A stretch of DNA of 63,820 nucleotides, filler included, from Octopus bimaculoides (Eukaryota): the NCBI RefSeq assembly GCF_001194135.2. It is 7 parts of 6 records of this genome, joined end to end, with 100 filler letters (N's around TTAATTAATTAA, not from the genome) between each part and the next. Parts side by side here need not be neighbours in the genome. Positions count along the whole stretch, not along the records: positions 1 to 14,523 come from NC_068987.1; positions 14,624 to 21,709 come from NC_068989.1; positions 21,810 to 41,291 come from NC_068987.1; 4 more parts are not named here. One strand, 5' to 3'. Positions 12,770 to 25,484 of the stretch are shown piece by piece. Position 1 is the first letter of the stretch. Each line of letters opens with the position of its first letter. A program made the translations under genes and the position numbers. The notes under the pieces are model-generated. The model was not told where the DNA came from. It searched no databases and saw only the letters and a program-made list of their open reading frames with translations.

Positions 12770-13030
12770 AAGAGCAGCAGCACCAGCAGAGGTAAGAGGA
12801 GTAACTGAAACCATAGTGGCGTAAAATTGTAGAAGTTCAGGGAATCATTTAAATCAGTTCCGCCAATTAGAGTTTAATTTCACACGTAGTCTCTCTTTGT
12901 TGCTTTTGATATTTTTTGCTGTTGTTATTGTCCTTGTTGCTGTTTCTGTTTTTCTTGCTGCTATTGTTGGTGCTCCTGTTGATATTGCTGCCGTGACACT
13001 CTTTTCTCTCCCTCTCCAGATTCCTCCCTC

Positions 13031-13068
<38 letters not shown>

Positions 13069-13633
13069 ACACACACACACATGTAATGATACAAAATATC
13101 TCACGAATAAGTATGAAGAAATGATATGCTTTTTCAGATACCAGTCTTCAGGTATTGATATAGTGTGTAGACATTTCTGCAACTCAATCCATGTTATGAC
13201 TTTAATATTGTCAGTGACAATATTAAAAGTCATCTTGCAACTCACATGTAAACATATATATACAAGATATTTATTGGAAAACACTGATGGTGTGAAGTGC
13301 AACATTGCATAATATTTCTACAACTGTAATGTAATTATTACTATATGTTATTGGAATGCGTGTCTTCTATAAAAAATCGAATGCCCTACCTAATTTCTGT
13401 ATATTCTAGTTATTTCTACACACACTGAAAAACATACACAAACATAAACATATTCGCAGAAATACACACATAAACACCCGCGTAAAAGCCACAAATTTTT
13501 GATAGCAAATATATCCACATGGCAAAGTGTCATCATTCAATTCAAGATTAAAATCAATTAATTAATTAGACAAATATTATTTCTAGTTCCAAATGAAAAA
13601 AATACGAAAAACATACATGGCGTGTTCCCACTC

Positions 13634-13678
<45 letters not shown>

Positions 13679-14109
13679 TGAAAATCACGTTATACTGATT
13701 AGCCTTGACAAAATGACAATCATGTTAACGTTAAATTAGGCATTATAACAAGTTTTCGTTACGTATTTTTGCCTGTGTTTTCTTGATTCCAGATGTTTTT
13801 TACACATATTGTTTTTAGCTTTTCATTATAACTATGATTGGTAGAGATATTTCTGTTGATACCGACTCACGTTTCGTTCTATTTTGTCAGGTCAGCCAGC
13901 TCTGATGAAATATATTTATCAAAAATCAGAATATAACTACAGACTTTTAGAAAAAAAATTGTCATATAGAAATAGTTAGACACTTGTCATTATATATTTT
14001 ATCTTTTCAAGCCCCAAAGCTAGATGTCTTTCAATTTTGTTTTTAGATTTTATCACATTTCATCTGTAGCTGTTCACGGAGAATATAGATTATAAAAAAA
14101 AATATTACT

Positions 14110-14180
14110 ACGGCGTGGCTGTACGATGAGAAGCTTGAGACTCAATCATGACCCATGATTGAGTCTCACTGTGTGGCAAC
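14110..14180 (+). mobile_element. SINE family B head fragment containing a perfect hairpin
   Basis: ggcgtggctgt...aagcttg...cactgtgtggcaacttgg matches family B heads at 26541-26692 and 22455. Confidence 0.55.
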
Positions 14181-14869
14181 TTGGTAAAATAGAAAAAGAA
14201 ATTGTATTTGTGAAAATCGCTTTTGTCCAGTTGCAACACCCCTCATTCTTGACAGCTAAGCTGATTACACAAATTGAGACATTCACTTTCTGTTGTTGTT
14301 TCTTCAAAGCTCTAATTCAATACATTTTATTCCATATCTATGTGAATGGGAAAAGAGGAATCAGAGGAGTTATGATGATTCTAGGGGAGGGATATAATCA
14401 GTCATTTATCTTCTTTTAATGTAAATATAATCCATTGACACGTTCCAAGAACATTATGGAATTCGAACAATGCGCAATTAAAATTAATCAAATAAATAAA
14501 TAAATAAATAAATAAATATATATNNNNNNNNNNNNNNNNNNNNNNNNNNNNNNNNNNNNNNNNNNNNTTAATTAATTAANNNNNNNNNNNNNNNNNNNNN
14601 NNNNNNNNNNNNNNNNNNNNNNNACATATGTCGGAATAAAGTATGCAGCTATAACATGCGTTTTCTCCATTCCTTAAATTTTTAAATATACTCAAATACC
14701 CAAAATATCAAGGAGTTTCTGCCTCACCAACAGGAATTACACCACAGTTATTTTGTGATCTTTGCTACCTTGGTTTCTATTAACCCATTTATTCTATCTG
14801 AACTATTATTTATTAGGATAGAATAAATACATATAATTAAATATATATATATATATTTATGTGTGTATG

Positions 14870-15130
14870 CAGGGCGAAGTGATTAAAGTGTTCGCTTTAC
14901 AATCATGTGGGCTCGGGTTCAATCCCACTGAATGGCATCCGGAGTACTGCACCTGCCTCAGGTCAACCCAAGGCTTGTGTGTAAAACTGACTAGGATCGA
15001 AATAGTGTGGAGGCCCAGTGGGTAGATTACACCTTTTATACAAAGGGCCAGACTGTGACACACTGTTACGTTGTGTCACGCTGATTCTGCCTGATGCTTA
15101 CATTTAGAGTAACGGATCTGAGGAATATTC
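14870..15130 (+). mobile_element. SINE family B head joined to a family C body fragment
   Basis: tRNA-like head gggttcaatcccactg; aaagggccag...tgtgtcacgctga shared with 61815-61850. Confidence 0.55.
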
Positions 15131-15509
15131 AACCATCTACACCAGTGGTTCTCAGCCAGGATCCATGTCACTCTTGGGGAATCCATATAAGATTTTCTTG
15201 TCAAAGCTTACGAGTAATGAATTTATTTTACTTCTACAATGCACAAAGTATTTTAACATTTTTTTTTTATTCAGTTCCTAATAATCCTTTCTACTCAAGG
15301 CACAAGGCTTGAAATTTTAAAGGAGGGGACTAGTCGATTACATCGACCCTAGTGTTTCACTAAAATATTATCAAATAAATCAAATTTCTCACTTTATATA
15401 ACTCCTCCCAAACCTATTCTGTGAGTCCCTCCTCCTCCTCCTCCAACCAAGCCTGGTATGTGCATTTATCCTGTGCCTTTATGTTATTCCCTCTGTATCT
15501 CTCTTTCAC

Positions 15510-15548
<39 letters not shown>

Positions 15549-16129
15549 CTTTCCTATTCTGTCTATAGGATGTAAAACGTAACTGAAGAGCTTGACCAAC
15601 CAACCAGCCAGCCAGCCAACATTTCTATCGGCTTATTATTAATAGAAATTAAAAATAACAGAGCCACAATTGTAGATGAGATTAGAAAGAATTATCGAAT
15701 TTTCTTGAAAAGTAATATGGCAGGGATGTTTTGGCGGTGGCGAGTAGAACAACGTCTTTTAGTGGAATAAGAAATTGTTTCATGATCTTGATATATGTCT
15801 GTTGAATGTTTTGTGGTGGCAGAAATTACAAAATAAATAACGTATAACACGGTGGTGCACCAGCATGACCGCAGCCACTTGGCTGAAACACATAAATAAA
15901 TAAATGATTAATATATATAATTTATGAAGAAGAGTTTGTATTTAGCTGTATCTATATTTACATCTGACTAAAATTATTTTACTGGCATGACAGCAGGAAA
16001 AGATTTCTTATCGACCCGACTTATAGAAATATGTGGAAATATATAGAAATATATATGTAATATATAGAAATATACATAAAAATGTAATTAGAAATATGAA
16101 GAAAATATACAAAATATATAGAAATATAG

Positions 16130-16335
16130 CTGCATTTCGTCTGTCGTTACGTTCTGGGTTCAAATCCCGCCGGTCCCCCGTCTTTATGTTCTGAGGTTTA
16201 AATCCCGTTGAGGTCGACTTTGCCTTTCATTCCTTCGGGATCGATAAAATAATTACCGGTTGAGCACTGGGTTCGATGTAATCTACTTACACCCCTCGCT
16301 GAAATTATTGTCCTTGCACCAAAATTTGAAACCAG
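16130..16335 (+). mobile_element. SINE family A
   Basis: gaggtcgactttgcctttcattccttcgggatcgataaaataattacc...aaatttgaaacca. Confidence 0.8.
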
Positions 16336-16347
16336 TATACAGAAATA

Positions 16348-16970
16348 TAGGCGTTGTTCTGTAAGTAAGAAACTTGCTTTCGAAATATGTTGTCTTCGGT
16401 TCAGTTCCACCATGCAGCACTTCGGTACTTTAACTCGGAGACGACCAAAGTCTTGCGAGTGGATTTAGCAGACGAAACTGAAAGAAAGTTCCTTTGACAT
16501 GTTTCAGTCATTAGACTGCGGCCACGCTGGGGAACCTTTTGCCGAATCGCTATGTGATGTGGACGTAAACACATCAACATCGGTTGTCAAGCGATAGTGG
16601 AGACAAACATAAAGACATACATACACATTTATATATATTAACAACAGGTTTCATTCAGCTTCCATCAACTAAATCCGCTCGCAAGGCTTTGGTCGACCCA
16701 AGGAGACATTCACCCAAAATGTCACTTGGCTGGGAAGCAAACTTCTTACCACACAACCATGCCTGCACTTAATGTGTAAGTGTGTGGTGTGTGTGTGTGT
16801 GCCCGACAACCTGTGTTGGTTTGTTTACATCACCACAACTTAGCAGTTCGACCAAAAACCTTTAAAAAAACAAGTACGGGGGTCGATTTGTTCGACTAAA
16901 ACCCTTCAAGACGGTGTCCCAGCATGGCCACAGTCCAATGACTAAAACAATTAAAACGATAAAAGAAATC
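16348..16970. mobile_element. Stack of SINE family B copies in both orientations (16348-16495 +, ~16500-16775 -, 16800-16970 + tail)
   Basis: gagtggatt...agacgaaactgaaagaa on +; aaatccgctcgcaaggctttggtcgaccc...gggaagcaaacttcttaccacac on -; tail ggtgtcccagcatggccacagtccaatgactaaaac. Confidence 0.7.
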
Positions 16971-17377
16971 TAAAGAAATCTATAAAAATACGAGTCGTTT
17001 GGTTTCATTTAGACGTGCGCCTGCCATTAAATCCCAGCCTTGCTCCAGAGTTCTCTAAACATGATTATGGATGCCTTTCCCCGAACAAGGCAATGCAGTA
17101 GAGGTCCCTATGTACACAACCACAACATAAACAGTAACATTGGGTACCTAGATCCGTATGAATACCTAGGAAACTGTCCAATGTAGCCATGATTTATGGC
17201 GACATTGCCTCGCTTCTCGACTTGGGATTTGGTTTGAACGTCACATTGTCTCTCACATTAAAGTTATGAAATACAGCCGCCGCCAGAGTACGTCTACAAG
17301 AAGAGAGCAATCTATGTTTCACCATTAAAGCTTTACAGTGCGGTGCAGTGGTAAAATCATTATTAGAGCAGTGGATG

Positions 17378-17575
17378 AAGGCAGCGAACCGGCGGAATCG
17401 TCAGCACACCGGACAAAATGCTTAGCGACATTTCGTCTGTCTTTACGTTCTGAGTTCAAATTTTGTCGAGCATCCATTCGGAGTCGATAAAATAAGTACT
17501 AATTGAACACCCGAGTTGATGTAATCGACTTGCTCCATCCCACAAAATTCCAGGATTTGTGTCTATAGTAGAAGG
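17378..17575 (+). mobile_element. SINE family A, near full length
   Basis: ggcagcgaaccggcggaatcgtcagcacaccggacaaaatgcttagcg...gttctgagttcaaat...gtcgataaaataagtac...tagtagaagg. Confidence 0.85.
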
Positions 17576-17599
17576 CATCGGGTTGGGTTGAGTACCTTC

Positions 17600-18110
17600 T
17601 GACTTTTTGTTATGACTCTATATTCTAGGTTCAAATCCCGCGATGGTCAGCTTTCGTTTATCCTTTATCCTTCCGTAGTCAATAATTTACAGTGCCGGTG
17701 AAATAGGGAGGTCAATATAATTGAGATGACTGATTATTCATCTTCGCAATTCGAGGCCTTGTACCTACGTTAGAACTCACTACCTAGGATTTCTATAATT
17801 GCGCAGTTAAAAACAATCGTTCATTTTGTGGGGGCAATGGAGTCTTTTCTAGCAAACCCTCAAATTATGTAATCGACCTCACAAAGAAAAAAAAAATGGG
17901 TCAAAGTCAACCACGCCAGAATTTGAATTCAAAATGCTGGGAACTGGCTCCTCTAAGAATTCAGTCAAGCCAATGACCGCTCCTATATTTTATCAACCGC
18001 CGAAAGGAAGGGAAGCAAAGTTACCTCGGCGGAATTTGAACTCAGAGAATGCAGACGGCGGAAACACATTGCGCGATGCTTTTTGCCTCGAGCTTAAACG
18101 ATTCTGTGAA
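17600..18110. mobile_element. Degenerate SINE family A copies (17600-17775 +, 17850-18110 -)
   Basis: ggttcaaatcccgc on +; aaagtcaacc...gaatttgaa and cggaatttgaactcagagaatg on -. Confidence 0.6.
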
Positions 18111-18477
18111 TTCACCTGTATCTAAAGGGGCAAACATTTCAACTTCCCATCCGTAGTTGCAATCAAAATATGTTCAGATAAGCGGTAAAATTCTTGTGTG
18201 AAGGTTAGTAACACATCCTAAATATTGGATCACCATAAAATATTAATGGCTATTAATAAGGTTTGAACTAGTGGTTTAATGACTACATGAATCGCAAAGT
18301 ATCCTAAATACTTGAAGTTGAATTAGGAATTAATATTCATTCGCTTCAGTGTCATGTTTTTCTACATACTTCAGTGCCCCTTCACAACCGGAACACCAAC
18401 AACACACATACCTATATAGATACATGCATAAATACATACATAAAAAATATACACCATACGTTTGTGTGTATGTATAC

Positions 18478-18541
<64 letters not shown>

Positions 18542-20107
18542 GGATGTGTAAACAAGCATACATATATAAAGAGAGATACATACATCGATGCATATATATA
18601 CACATGTGAGTGCGTGCGTGTCTGTGTGCGCGCGCGATTGTCTGAATGTACATCTACGCACACATACTCGTATAAGTACAGATGCATATACGCAGATATA
18701 TGGGCATATATATGTACACATATACATATACACCCCTACTTATGCCCACAACCACACGACCGATTTCTTGTCCACTACGTGGTCGATTTCCTGTTCACCA
18801 CGCGGTTGGCTTCTTGTTCACCATGCGGTATTTTCCAAGTAATTGCTGTCGCTGAAATACCAACATCATACCGCTATACCGTGCGCCTTTTCTCGACCAA
18901 TCCTGTTATAAACATTGACTCTCCTTCAATTGAACTCTCATTCAGACCCCCAATGGCCGAAGACTAGTTACACGCTTGAAACTCAGAGTACCGAGGAGTC
19001 TGAATAAATCTGTTTTAATCGATCTATCTATCTATCTATCTATCTATCTACCTATCTATCTATCTATCTATCTACACACACATACAAACATACATATTTG
19101 TATGCATACAGACATATACATGCATACATACATGTATGCATAAATACATCCATATTTGAATGCACATGTTTGGGTTATGATATGTCTATATGTACGTATA
19201 TTTGTAATTTATATATATTTATGTATGTATGTATGTGCTCATGTACGAATCATACTAGCTTCACCTTTACCACTAACGCCACTACTCTACTTACGACCAT
19301 CGTCATCGCCATTACCACCACCACCACCACCATCATATTGAGAAAATTCAACAACGTCAAGCACGACACGTCCCTCCACCAAAAAACAACCACGCCACTG
19401 ACTTATTTCAAACTTATGCGTCATAAACGCATCGATATATAAACATGTCGGAGCAGGCCCTTTCATATTAACGGATGAATGCAAAAATCATGAATATCTG
19501 TGTATATTTCATATGTACACAACACCCGCGTGTATATATNNNNNNNNNNNNNNNNNNNNNNNNNNNNNNNNNNNNNNNNNNNNNNNNNNNNNNNNNNNNN
19601 NNNNNNNNNNNNNNNNNNNNNNNNNNNNNNNNNNNNNNNNNNNNNNNNNNNNNNNNNNNNNNNNNNNNNNNNNNNNNNNNNNNNNNNNNNNNNNNNNNNN
19701 NNNNNNNNNNNNNNNNNNNNNNNNNNNNNNNNNNNNNNNNNNNNNNNNNNNNNNNNNNNNNNNNNNNNNNNNNNNNNNNNNNNNNNNNNNNNNNNNNNNN
19801 NNNNNNNNNNNNNNNNNNNNNNNNNNNNNNNNNNNNNNNNNNNNNNNNNNNNNNNNNNNNNNNNNNNNNNNNNNNNNNNNNNNNNNNNNNNNNNNNNNNN
19901 NNNNNNNNNNNNNNNNNNNNNNNNNNNNNNNNNNNNNNNNNNNNNNNNNNNNNNNNNNNNNNNNNNNNNNNNNNNNNNNNNNNNNNNNNNNNNNNNNNNN
20001 NNNNNNNNNNNNNNNNNNNNNNNNNNNNNNNNNNNNNNNNNNNNNNNNNNNNNNNNNNNNNNNNNNNNNNNNNNNNNNNNNNNNNNNNNNNNNNNNNNNN
20101 NNNNNNN

Positions 20108-20138
<31 letters not shown>

Positions 20139-20219
20139 TGTATATGTACATACGTATAGATATCTACGTATATTTATATGCATATTTATACACATATACA
20201 CATGCACAAACTCACGCAC

Positions 20220-21290
20220 CTACACGTGACAGGTGCAGTAATAAATACGTCTGGTTGCTTGAAACCAACAATTCTACCCCTTTAACCCAGCCAACAATCG
20301 CCCAATCGCTCTCACCTCTAAAACTTACAAGGTAATGGAGACACATTAATAATGACGTTCGTCAACACTTCTCTTCTCAGTACAGCTTCCGCAATGCCAG
20401 ACCTACGGGAGACCTACTCTGTTATGTCCATCACCAGTCTCGCTTTAGAGAACTTCGGTGTAAGGAATGTTCTTGCTTCCATAATATCAGCAAAGCATTG
20501 ACAGTGTCTAGCATACAATCTCCTCTTAAAACTATCCACCTACAGGATCCAGCATCTCTCATTTCTTGGAATCGTAGTTTCTTATCAGATCACACCATCG
20601 CGTCATATGTTGACAGAGCTCTTTCTGCCTATGCTTCACTCAACTCTAGTGCCCCCCTGGGATCGGTTGTCTCTTCTTTCCATACGTTGATAACCTATTT
20701 GCTGCCACATCTAAGAACATCTCTTATGCAGATGACACTGTCCTTCATTCTTCCTTAATTTCTCCCAACTGTGCATCATCTACACGCAGCCTAAACATCA
20801 CACACCAAAACTGCACTGATTTCAAAAACAGAGACCACAATTGCAACCGTCAAAGAGGCCATCCCAAACTTACTTCTTTTAACAGCAAAGAAAATTCAAG
20901 CGCTACTCATATCAAGAAAACACTACCGCACTACAAGTCCTCTAAACATATGCAGCACTCAGCTGAAAACCTCACCGTCACTTCAAATGCTGGGCTTCCA
21001 TATCGCCGAAGATAGAGAGTGACAAAAGCATATCTTTAACATAGCTGCGACCGCATTGCAAAGATTAGCCATTTACTTGACGGCCAGAAGATATTTCAGT
21101 CCCCGAACAACTGTTGATATTCTTCAAGGCTCAAGTGAAGAACACAATGAAGTACTGGGATGCTGTTAAGCACACAGACATTCTGGATCGTATACAATTC
21201 GATTGATCAGTACTCAATTGCTAACAAACGCATTCTAGTGTCTGATCCACAGGTGTACCGGATCCTCTATCTGTCATTTCTATTCTACAG
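20220..21290 (+). mobile_element. CR1/Jockey-type LINE RT relic
   Basis: WNRSFLSDHTIASYVD...NSSAPLGSVVS (PQGSVL-like) and YADD at 20725-20736; many frameshifts; boundaries approximate. Confidence 0.8.
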
Positions 21291-22454
21291 TTATGACCAT
21301 ATAATTTCTTTTACAAAGGATGTATAATCACGACAGCATGAGATTTGGTTTGCAAAGAGTAACACCTTGCGCACACACACACACACACACACACACACGC
21401 TCGCACTTACACACATGCATAGTGGATCAACTATTTGAGAATAAAGATTTAAAAAACTATAAATGGCCCAAACTTCAAATATTCTCTCTTTTTCAGTTCC
21501 AGCACAAAAGCACAACGTCCTCGTTGCGTTAACCGAAAACCATAGTGATTCTGACATTATAATGTTATAAAATGTTTATATACCAAAAAGATTTTATAAC
21601 ATTTTTATAACATTTTTCTGACATAATTTAAATATATACTTTAACCATGTAACACAAGCCTTCTGTAGTTTTTTCACTTTTATTATCTTTTATATATATA
21701 TATATATATNNNNNNNNNNNNNNNNNNNNNNNNNNNNNNNNNNNNNNNNNNNNTTAATTAATTAANNNNNNNNNNNNNNNNNNNNNNNNNNNNNNNNNNN
21801 NNNNNNNNNTGTGTGTGTATGATTACATCATATATATATATATGATTACATTATTTATATATGTGTGTGTATGATTACATCATATATATATATATGATTA
21901 CATTGACCTTAAACTTGAGTCTTGAGAAAAACAATTCAGTTTAAATAAACAATATCCACATTGTTACATATGTGTGCTATTGTGCGTGTCTATACTTACA
22001 TATGTGTGTGCGTTGCGTCTGTATATGTGTGTATGTGCGTATGTGTATGTGTGTGTATTTATATATCATAAATGTACGCACATAAAAAAACCCCAGAAAC
22101 GTATCAGACCACGCGCAACAGACAAACAGTAGCAAGACACCAATGCCGACACGAACTGATACACCATAACAAAGTTCTATGTTTTTTACTTTCTTAAATG
22201 TATAAAATTTTCTTTCAACTCTCTCTTTCCCTTCTTCTTCAAATCGTTCACTCCCCTCTCTCACTCTCTCTCTCTCTCATTCCCTCTACTCCAACGTGAT
22301 CACGAAATTCTTGTTATTATTCAGTGTCTTTCTTCAGTTGCAAATTTCTTCTTTTAAAGAAGAAAAAACATTAACAAACAACCCGTTGCTATGGTGGAAA
22401 GATGACTATAGAAAGAAATGAAATCATTATGACTTAAATGATTTTTCAGCATAA

Positions 22455-22915
22455 CATGGCTGAATAGTTAAGAAGCTCTCTTACCAACCACGTGGTTTCG
22501 TGTTCAGTCACCCCAGTGGCTCCTAAAATGGGCGGTATTGCCCCGCTGGGGGCAGTGGAAAGTTCCAAGGGGGCGTTGACGAAAAATGGAGCGATAATGG
22601 GGTACCAATTCATGTAAAAAGTGGGGCGAAAATGCGTTGGCAATTCATGTAAAAACAACAAAACAATCGGTTCATTAGGTTAAGTTTTATTTGCGTAATA
22701 ATGTTGCTTTGAATTTGCTTTAGAAAGTGGTCTATGTTTGTGATGGCTAGTTGGGGTGGGACGCTAAAAATGTGGCCTGGGTATCAAGGGGGCAGCAGCC
22801 AGAAAACATTTGGGAACCGCTGCACTATACGGCACCTTGGGCAAGTGTCTTTTACTTCCGTTCTGGACCGACCAACACCAATTTGGTAGACAGAATCTAT
22901 GCGGAAACCCGTCGC
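22455..22915 (+). mobile_element. SINE family B interrupted by a hAT-type MITE
   Basis: Head atggctgaatagttaagaagc...gttcagtc stops at 22513 and resumes at 22823 with cact...ggcaccttgggcaagtgtct. Confidence 0.75.
22514..22822. mobile_element. hAT (Charlie-like) MITE
   Basis: Left cagtggctcctaaa vs reverse complement of the right end cagcggttcccaaa (11/14 match); 8-bp TSD not recognisable. Confidence 0.6.
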
Positions 22916-22984
22916 AAACATACATACATACATACGACGCCTGTAAAAAAACACGTGTCACTAAAGAATATTACGGCTGAATAA

Positions 22985-23270
22985 CGAAAATTTGAACCTC
23001 AGAACTCTCTGTATTCATTTAAACAGTGGCTCAGTGTGTTTGCAGTGCCAGTAATCATACCAACAATTGGGCTGCTTGATTGGACACTTGATGAGATCCG
23101 AGTCATTGATGTGAAAATCTGAAAAATACTAGCAAGCATGCATAATTTCCACATAAACATTGACGTAGACCGCCTCTACCTAAAGCGTAAACAAGGCGGC
23201 AGATACTTAACATTGATCCAAAATGCCTTTGAATGTCGCATCATATCCCTTCGACAACATTTTTAAACCA
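22985..23270 (+). mobile_element. Dong/R4-like (REL-endonuclease) LINE fragment
   Basis: IDVKI*KILASMHNFHINIDVDRLYLKRKQGGRYL matches the DVDRLY.PR..GGRGL motif of this group. Confidence 0.75.
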
Positions 23271-23300
23271 CCAAGCGTCGTAGTGTATCCCTTGACCAAG

Positions 23301-24917
23301 CTTGATATATTTTACTTCCCACCTTATTTGCTAAGTAAACACTAAAGATAGGTCTTTTGCTACGTAATAGAAACTAAATAGAAAGAGTGAAAATAAAATA
23401 AGCAATTGATTCTAACTATTCACAAATGTGTACTTTTTATTGTTTTCAAAATGGTACTAGTCAACACTTGGCGTTGGTAAAGTTTGTTGAATAAGATTAA
23501 AGAGATTATTTTATTAAGATAATATTAAATGAACTGGGGCGTCTTTTCTTCGCATCGTAATTATTTCTGACTAAATGTTTGAATCCTATTGCAGTAAATA
23601 AGGTAGCATAAAGTTAAATCATCGTTCACAGAGCCGAAGGCGTTACTGGAGATTTATCTTCGATGATTAATTTTTTTTTCTTTCATTCTATTGGTTACGC
23701 TAATGTTGAGCTATTTAATGCATAGAGCCTTGAAAAACAACATTTTAGCAGATATGCGATGAAGATAAAAACAGTTGGTAGTTCCATTATCAGGCTCGGA
23801 AAAGTTCACGTAAGAAGCTCTACATGGTCGTTTTGACAACCAGAATCAGAAACAAAAATTCTTTCAAATCATCCTACAAATATAAAATAGCGATGACACA
23901 TTACAGCTTAATGCTGACATATAATAGATAGTTCTAGATAACGCCCCATCTAAAATATATGGTATAGACATTAGTGGAACACCCTTTATCAAGGATAGGG
24001 TGAAACTAAAGAACGACCACTGGGAGATGAAATTGAAAAAGTAAAACTACAGCATTAAAACATAGAAACTAGGATTCGGAGATAATTTAATTTGCATTTA
24101 GTCCTATATCTGAATAATAATCGATGTTCCTTGGCATGGGGTTTAAAGTCAACGATATTACAGGATGAAGAAATAAATGTCAGACATCTTTTTGATTTAT
24201 TTTTTTAATCGTCTTTTGTCATATTTCTCACTAGAAACAAACATTAGCAATTATATTTGTGTAAAGTCCTCGAAGTAAAGAAAGAAACTGGTAAGTTGAC
24301 GTGGAAATGTGTTATCAATACTTTGGATGATCAAGAAGATAGTGAATTTTGATAAGAGATTCGCCGTGCTTCTGGATAAGACAATGTGTACTGCTTCTAA
24401 GTACATCATGCAGTAGACATTTAGTCAATTGAGGAAATTGCTTGCAATTAGACTAGCATCCTATACATAAAAAATTGGTTTCTCATCCGCTTAACGTTTC
24501 AGTAATCGGAGAAAACTATTAACCTTATGAAAAATGTCTTGTGGAATATAGAAAGGAAAGACAAAAAGAAAAAAACAAAACAAAACAAGAAAAGACAGAA
24601 AGCAGAAAAAATACGTTTCTTTCTTTCTTCCTTTCTTGTTTCATCTACAACCGGATCAAGAGCAATTTGACTTAAGCATTAAGAGACAATGTACTATTTA
24701 TTCTACTTGATATATTTTACTTTCGATCTTATTTGCTTAGTAAACACTAAGGACAGGTCTTTTTGCTGCGTAATGGAAATTAAACAGAAAGAGTCAAAAT
24801 AAAACAGGCAATTAGATTTGATTCCAGCCATTCACAAATATGTACTTATTTATTGTTCTCAAAATGGCGCGTGTCAACATTTGGTGTTGGTAAAGTCGTT
24901 GAACAAGATTAAAGAGA
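23301..24917 (+). repeat. Diverged ~210-bp direct repeat pair (23301-23505 and 24706-24917)
   Basis: Both run cttgatatattttact...agtaaacactaa...ttggtaaagt...aagattaaagaga with scattered substitutions and small indels. Confidence 0.85.
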
Positions 24918-25443
24918 AACTCAACGAAAACCTGTAGACCTAAAACTAGAAAACGAAAACAAGTTGTGAATAGGGGAAAGTAATTTATTAATTCACAAGG
25001 ATGTGTTTATTCTTGATAGGGGTTGTTATCACTGACAATCGGTTCTTATAAGAGATTATGATTTTTTTTTTCCTATATGTATTCGAACAAGAGAATTTCG
25101 ACATTTCTTGTTTGACTCTCAATAAATAGCAGTGTAGAAAATTTCGGGCATCGGATCTATTTTAAAACGGGGGCCACATTTTTCATTAATGTTTTACGTA
25201 GTGTTTTTGGTACGGAAAGACTTTCAAACTTCGTATACTTATCTATTTTGTGTTATAGAACAGAAAAATATTTTTGTATTCGAATTTATTTCATGTAAAA
25301 AATTGTCTTATTTCGATAATTTCAACCAATCACTGACAAGTATTCAGTTGTTTACATTTACTCCTTTGGCTGATTAAGCGATGTAAAGCGTATTTAATCT
25401 CCATACCTTCGTTTTATTTGCTTTTTTCATTTTAAATTTGCTT

Positions 25444-25484
25444 TAACCCTAACCCTAGGGTTAGGGTTAGGGTTAGAGTTAGGG
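25444..25484. repeat. Head-to-head telomere-type repeat palindrome (CCCTAA)n/(TTAGGG)n
   Basis: Perfect 26-bp palindrome taaccctaaccctagggttagggtta (25444-25469) plus degenerate TTAGGG units. Confidence 0.85.

Noticed and set aside
13861-13896. Hammerhead-like string on minus: GCTGAC-CTGACAA-aatagaac-GAAACGTGA-GTCGGT
   Set aside because: A 6-bp stem I is possible, but G8 is missing, there is no stem II and no NUH triplet. At most a relic.
14568-14579. TTAATTAATTAA islands centred in ~50-N flanks (also ~21754, 41336, 55953, 57769, 61595)
   Set aside because: Identical 12-mer with stops in all six frames, always between N runs: an artificial scaffold linker. Contig order and distance across these joins are uncertain.
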